From contig QPMI01000407.1 of the NCBI GenBank assembly GCA_004431415.1, positions 1 to 64,000 on the forward strand: a stretch of DNA of 64,000 nt. The letters are read 5' to 3'. A program made the position numbers and the translations under genes. The notes under the pieces are model-generated. The model searched no databases, was not told where the DNA came from, and saw only the letters and a list, made by a program, of their open reading frames with translations. This DNA comes from Cyanophora paradoxa CCMP329 (taxonomy: Eukaryota > Plantae > Glaucophyta). Of this stretch, positions 61,047 through 64,000 are shown piece by piece; within the stretch, counting starts at the first letter, position 1; the number at the start of each line of letters is the position of its first letter.

Positions 61047-61796
61047 ATGGATGAGTCTCAAGAACTCGCAAAGTTCCAGCCGGGAGAAATGAGGGTTCCT
61101 TTTAAGGCCCTGTTTATTTCAAAGTCTAATAGCGGCAAATCCTTCTATTGCACCAAGCATCTGCTGCGGCTGCTCTATCCAAAGATTAATCGAGTCGTCG
61201 TGTTTACAGCCACCAAATTCAATGGTGAATACTCTGCAATAACTAAAGAGCTTTACGACGATTTTCAGCCATCTATCGTTGCAGAAATCATTGATTCACA
61301 GCGCAATTTGATTGAAAACAAAAAGAAAGCGCCGCAGATATTGCTAGTCTTGGACGATCTTGTTGCCGCCTCTGAAACAGTGGATCTGCGAAATAGCAAG
61401 GCTGTAAATCGACTTTTTACGCAGGGCCGACATTTTAATATAAGTACGATTCTTATGACCCAAAAACTAACAGCATTAAGTCAATCTATAAGATCAAACA
61501 GCGATTACTGCTTTTTCTTCAGTTACAGCAACCACACTGAACTGGAGGCCATTTATAGAGAGTTTAGCCATCTTCCAAAAGAAGAATTTATTGCTTTATT
61601 TCAAACTTGGGCTCACGATTATCAGTGCCTAGTCCTGGATGGGACCAAATACGATACGGCCTGGTTCGTCGATAAAGCTGTTGAAGATAAGAGTTTTCGT
61701 TTTACAAAATGGGTTAAGAATGAACCTGAAGAACGTAAGACCGAAGATTCTTCGCCTGTTGTCTCTAAAAAGAAGCGTTTTAAAATCTTACCATAA
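61047..61796 (+). CDS. A32-like (FtsK/HerA superfamily) genome-packaging ATPase
   Basis: Walker A variant SKSNSGKS, Walker B LLVLDD, A32 signature GRHFNISTILMTQ..IRSNSDY. Confidence 0.92.
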   Translation: MDESQELAKFQPGEMRVPFKALFISKSNSGKSFYCTKHLLRLLYPKINRVVVFTATKFNGEYSAITKELYDDFQPSIVAEIIDSQRNLIENKKKAPQILLVLDDLVAASETVDLRNSKAVNRLFTQGRHFNISTILMTQKLTALSQSIRSNSDYCFFFSYSNHTELEAIYREFSHLPKEEFIALFQTWAHDYQCLVLDGTKYDTAWFVDKAVEDKSFRFTKWVKNEPEERKTEDSSPVVSKKKRFKILP

Positions 61797-61805
61797 GAAA
61801 AGAAC

Positions 61806-62444
61806 ATGGGTCGCGGGATTCCTAAGAAGGGCTATCGGGAACGACGCAAGGTTAATATATCTGAGCCGAACGCTCCACTGATTGAAAGCGGCTCAACTGT
61901 GGGTGCAGCTGTTGCTAATCCTAGTGGTGAGTTAGCTAGTGACCCCAAACTAAACGCACCCGTTGCTAAAACGATCGCCTCGGCAGCAGCTAATGCCAGT
62001 GCGGTTGACGACCGACAGAGCCAGGTCAAAATTGTAAACGAAATGCAGTCTGATATTGATGATGATGCTGCTAGAATTTTACAAGCGATGGCTAGCGAAC
62101 CGAGATACTCCGGTCCAAAAATCAAGACAGCAACAGTATCAAAGAGTCAGATCGAGGAACTAACAGCTAAATTGCGAGATCTCGAGGCTCGATCGGCTAA
62201 TATCGAATCATACGTTAAGGAAAAGCAAGAAAGAGCTAAGATCCGCGAGATGTTGCGAAGCGAAATGTTTAAGCACAGATCTATGGATGTGCCAGATTTA
62301 CGCTATTTAAAAATCGAAAAAGAGAAGGCTTCACAAGCTCTCGATTCTGCCGAAGTAAAGCCAGCAACGCCCAATGTGTCTGAGTCCAACACTACGAGTT
62401 CTCTGATGAAGAATGCGATGGGTGGGCGGAGGATTCGTCTGTGA
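61806..62444 (+). CDS. Viral hypothetical coiled-coil protein
   Basis: 212-aa ORF starting 9 nt after the ATPase stop; basic N-terminus and central coiled coil. Confidence 0.65.
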   Translation: MGRGIPKKGYRERRKVNISEPNAPLIESGSTVGAAVANPSGELASDPKLNAPVAKTIASAAANASAVDDRQSQVKIVNEMQSDIDDDAARILQAMASEPRYSGPKIKTATVSKSQIEELTAKLRDLEARSANIESYVKEKQERAKIREMLRSEMFKHRSMDVPDLRYLKIEKEKASQALDSAEVKPATPNVSESNTTSSLMKNAMGGRRIRL

Positions 62445-63018
62445 CACATCGATCAACAGTATTTGCATGCACACACTTGGAACATCCGCATTTGTGCTTC
62501 ATTTCATCCCTTTTCGCTAATACCCAGACATGCCTTCCATTTTGCATGATTGTTTTTAGATTTGGCACCCAATACCACACAACAAATCTGAACTTCAGCC
62601 ACGGCGTAGATGGATTGCACTGGTTACAGTTCCAAACTACTTTTTCACTGTATTGCAACAGCTTTTGCTGAGGTATCCAGCTCGTAAATTCATTGCACTT
62701 CGCACACTTCAAACGTGCTTCTCGGACAATTGAAATCTTATCAAAGCATCCGTATTCCTGCTTCTCTCTCGTTTCCCCGGCATAAGAGGTTACAATCTTG
62801 TCTAATTGCTTTTCAAAACATTCGTGACACTTGTTGTAATTTCGATTCCACATTGCTTCATTTTCACAGACATCATTGCAATCTCTGCAAAGAATAGAGC
62901 GAACACATTTGCGCACCTCACAAACTTCCTCATCACTAGACTCTGTGGCCTCTCTATAATCTGAAGTGCTAAAGAGTCCTCTTGGAGCAAGTGTGCCGAA
63001 ATAGTTGTGTCCTCCCAT
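62392..63018 (-). CDS. Viral Cys-rich (multiple CxxC) hypothetical protein
   Basis: 208 aa with CRDC, CHEC, CAKC, CNQC and CSKC pairs, consistent with Zn ribbons. Confidence 0.6.
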   Translation of the reverse strand: MGGHNYFGTLAPRGLFSTSDYREATESSDEEVCEVRKCVRSILCRDCNDVCENEAMWNRNYNKCHECFEKQLDKIVTSYAGETREKQEYGCFDKISIVREARLKCAKCNEFTSWIPQQKLLQYSEKVVWNCNQCNPSTPWLKFRFVVWYWVPNLKTIMQNGRHVWVLAKRDEMKHKCGCSKCVHANTVDRCVTDESSAHPSHSSSENS

Positions 63019-63049
63019 TGTCTTTCACTTTTTACAATCTGAGATCTCT

Positions 63050-63496
63050 TTAAGACAAGTCAAAATCAGGCAAATCCGGAAGATCCTCTACAGTTGGTTT
63101 CCTCTCTCGCTCTGCAAAGTCAAGCATACCGTTTACTGTTGCCAGATCATTTGATTGACAAATTTCAAAAGCACGCTGCAATTCACGTTTGTCGTACTCA
63201 CGAAGATGCGGCCAAGATAACAACCATTCCGCATATTTTGGGTCGCTAAAAACTACTTTAAGATGAGTTTCACCGCGGTACTTCCCAAATCGAATTGTTC
63301 CTGCGGCGCAGCGACGCTGCTTGTCTGCTTCCATTCTTTGAATTATATCTCGGATTTTATGTTCGGAATTTAACGCAACACAAACCTGCGATTTATGCCA
63401 TAAAAAGATTTCGCACATTGTTTGTGACGAAAAACCCGCAAAGATGGATGCTGAATCATCCCCAAAGCGTTGTGGGCGAAAGCCAATTGTTGTCAC
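63050..63496 (-). CDS. Viral protein with FGKY(K/R)G..DPxYxxW domain (exodeoxyribonuclease X C-terminal/DUF3820-like)
   Basis: IRFGKYRGETHLKVVFSDPKYAEWLL. The true start is probably near 63418. Confidence 0.6.
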   Translation of the reverse strand: MTTIGFRPQRFGDDSASIFAGFSSQTMCEIFLWHKSQVCVALNSEHKIRDIIQRMEADKQRRCAAGTIRFGKYRGETHLKVVFSDPKYAEWLLSWPHLREYDKRELQRAFEICQSNDLATVNGMLDFAERERKPTVEDLPDLPDFDLS

Positions 63497-63719
63497 TCCT
63501 GAAATTGCTGCGGCACGAAAAGCAAAGCGTGCAGAATACCATCGGCGTCGTTACAATGAAGATCCTGATTATCGGCAACGTCACATTGAAGCCAGTCTTA
63601 AATATCAGCAGAACAACAGCGAGAATCATTTAGAGGCCAATCGCCGGTATCGCAAACGCATCTACGATAAGCTAGCTCTTTTGGAATCTCTTCAAAATCA
63701 ACTTGTTATAGTTCTTTGA
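63444..63719 (+). CDS. Small basic viral protein, possibly DNA-binding
   Basis: 91 aa; GRKP..EYHRRRYNEDPDYRQRH..NRRYRKR. Confidence 0.55.
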   Translation: MDAESSPKRCGRKPIVVTPEIAAARKAKRAEYHRRRYNEDPDYRQRHIEASLKYQQNNSENHLEANRRYRKRIYDKLALLESLQNQLVIVL

Positions 63720-64000
63720 CTGGTTTTCCTTCTCTCTAATATTCCACCAGGGTTTAACTTGACAGTTCCAGCTGTCGCAAGTTGCTTTTGAAGGCGAAGC
63801 AGCTTCTTATTTTTTTCTATGTCCGCTCGATCTAAGTTCTCTCGCATCAGATTTAGCTCCTTCTTTCGTCGTTGCATTGCTCTCTGTGCTGCTCCTCCAG
63901 CACGCCGCTCCTCTGAATCTAATGGGACCTTCAAAATTTGCTGGTAGGTCACTGGTGTATCCAATCCAGCGAGTTTAAATCTAAGAAGGGGTCCAAAACC
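63698..64000 (-). CDS. Viral hypothetical protein, 5' end probably outside the window
   Basis: Basic coiled-coil ORF approaching the window edge. Confidence 0.45.
   Translation of the reverse strand, partial: GFGPLLRFKLAGLDTPVTYQQILKVPLDSEERRAGGAAQRAMQRRKKELNLMRENLDRADIEKNKKLLRLQKQLATAGTVKLNPGGILERRKTSQRTITS

Larger units (their letters stand above)
52750..64000. mobile_element. Endogenous Polinton-like virus / virophage-type dsDNA virus element; left end truncated, continues past the window
   Basis: Abrupt shift to AT-richer, intronless, tightly packed ORFs: A32 ATPase, jelly-roll-type MCP, two penton-like genes, lipase and fibre protein. Confidence 0.85.

Overview
Left end of a eukaryotic chromosome. 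It opens with about 5.66 kb of (CCCTAA)n telomere and a 1.8 kb subtelomeric cassette. Next come intron-rich host genes with short, roughly 45-75 nt introns: CFAP43/BBS2 head-to-head, DDX3/NOL6 head-to-head, an Mpv17/PMP22-family gene with an MAFV-type plastid transit peptide, XPG/ERCC5, an F-box gene and CCDC112. These are separated by repeat-rich mosaic DNA, including a 3.5 kb foldback-like inverted repeat, GC-rich minisatellites and a 1.5 kb near-identical duplication. The host is inferred to be a flagellated, plastid-bearing protist, possibly a glaucophyte. From about 52750 to the window end lies an intronless, AT-richer endogenous Polinton-like virus (PLV)/virophage-type element. It encodes a phage-type HxH fibre protein, a patatin-discoidin fusion, two penton-like genes, an A32 packaging ATPase, and a major capsid gene that is the only one broken by internal frameshifts and a stop. 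A second highlight is a ~70 bp double-hairpin element found in the same orientation at the 3' end of three unrelated host genes. All calls were made by eye. Exon boundaries are approximate and no database searches were run.
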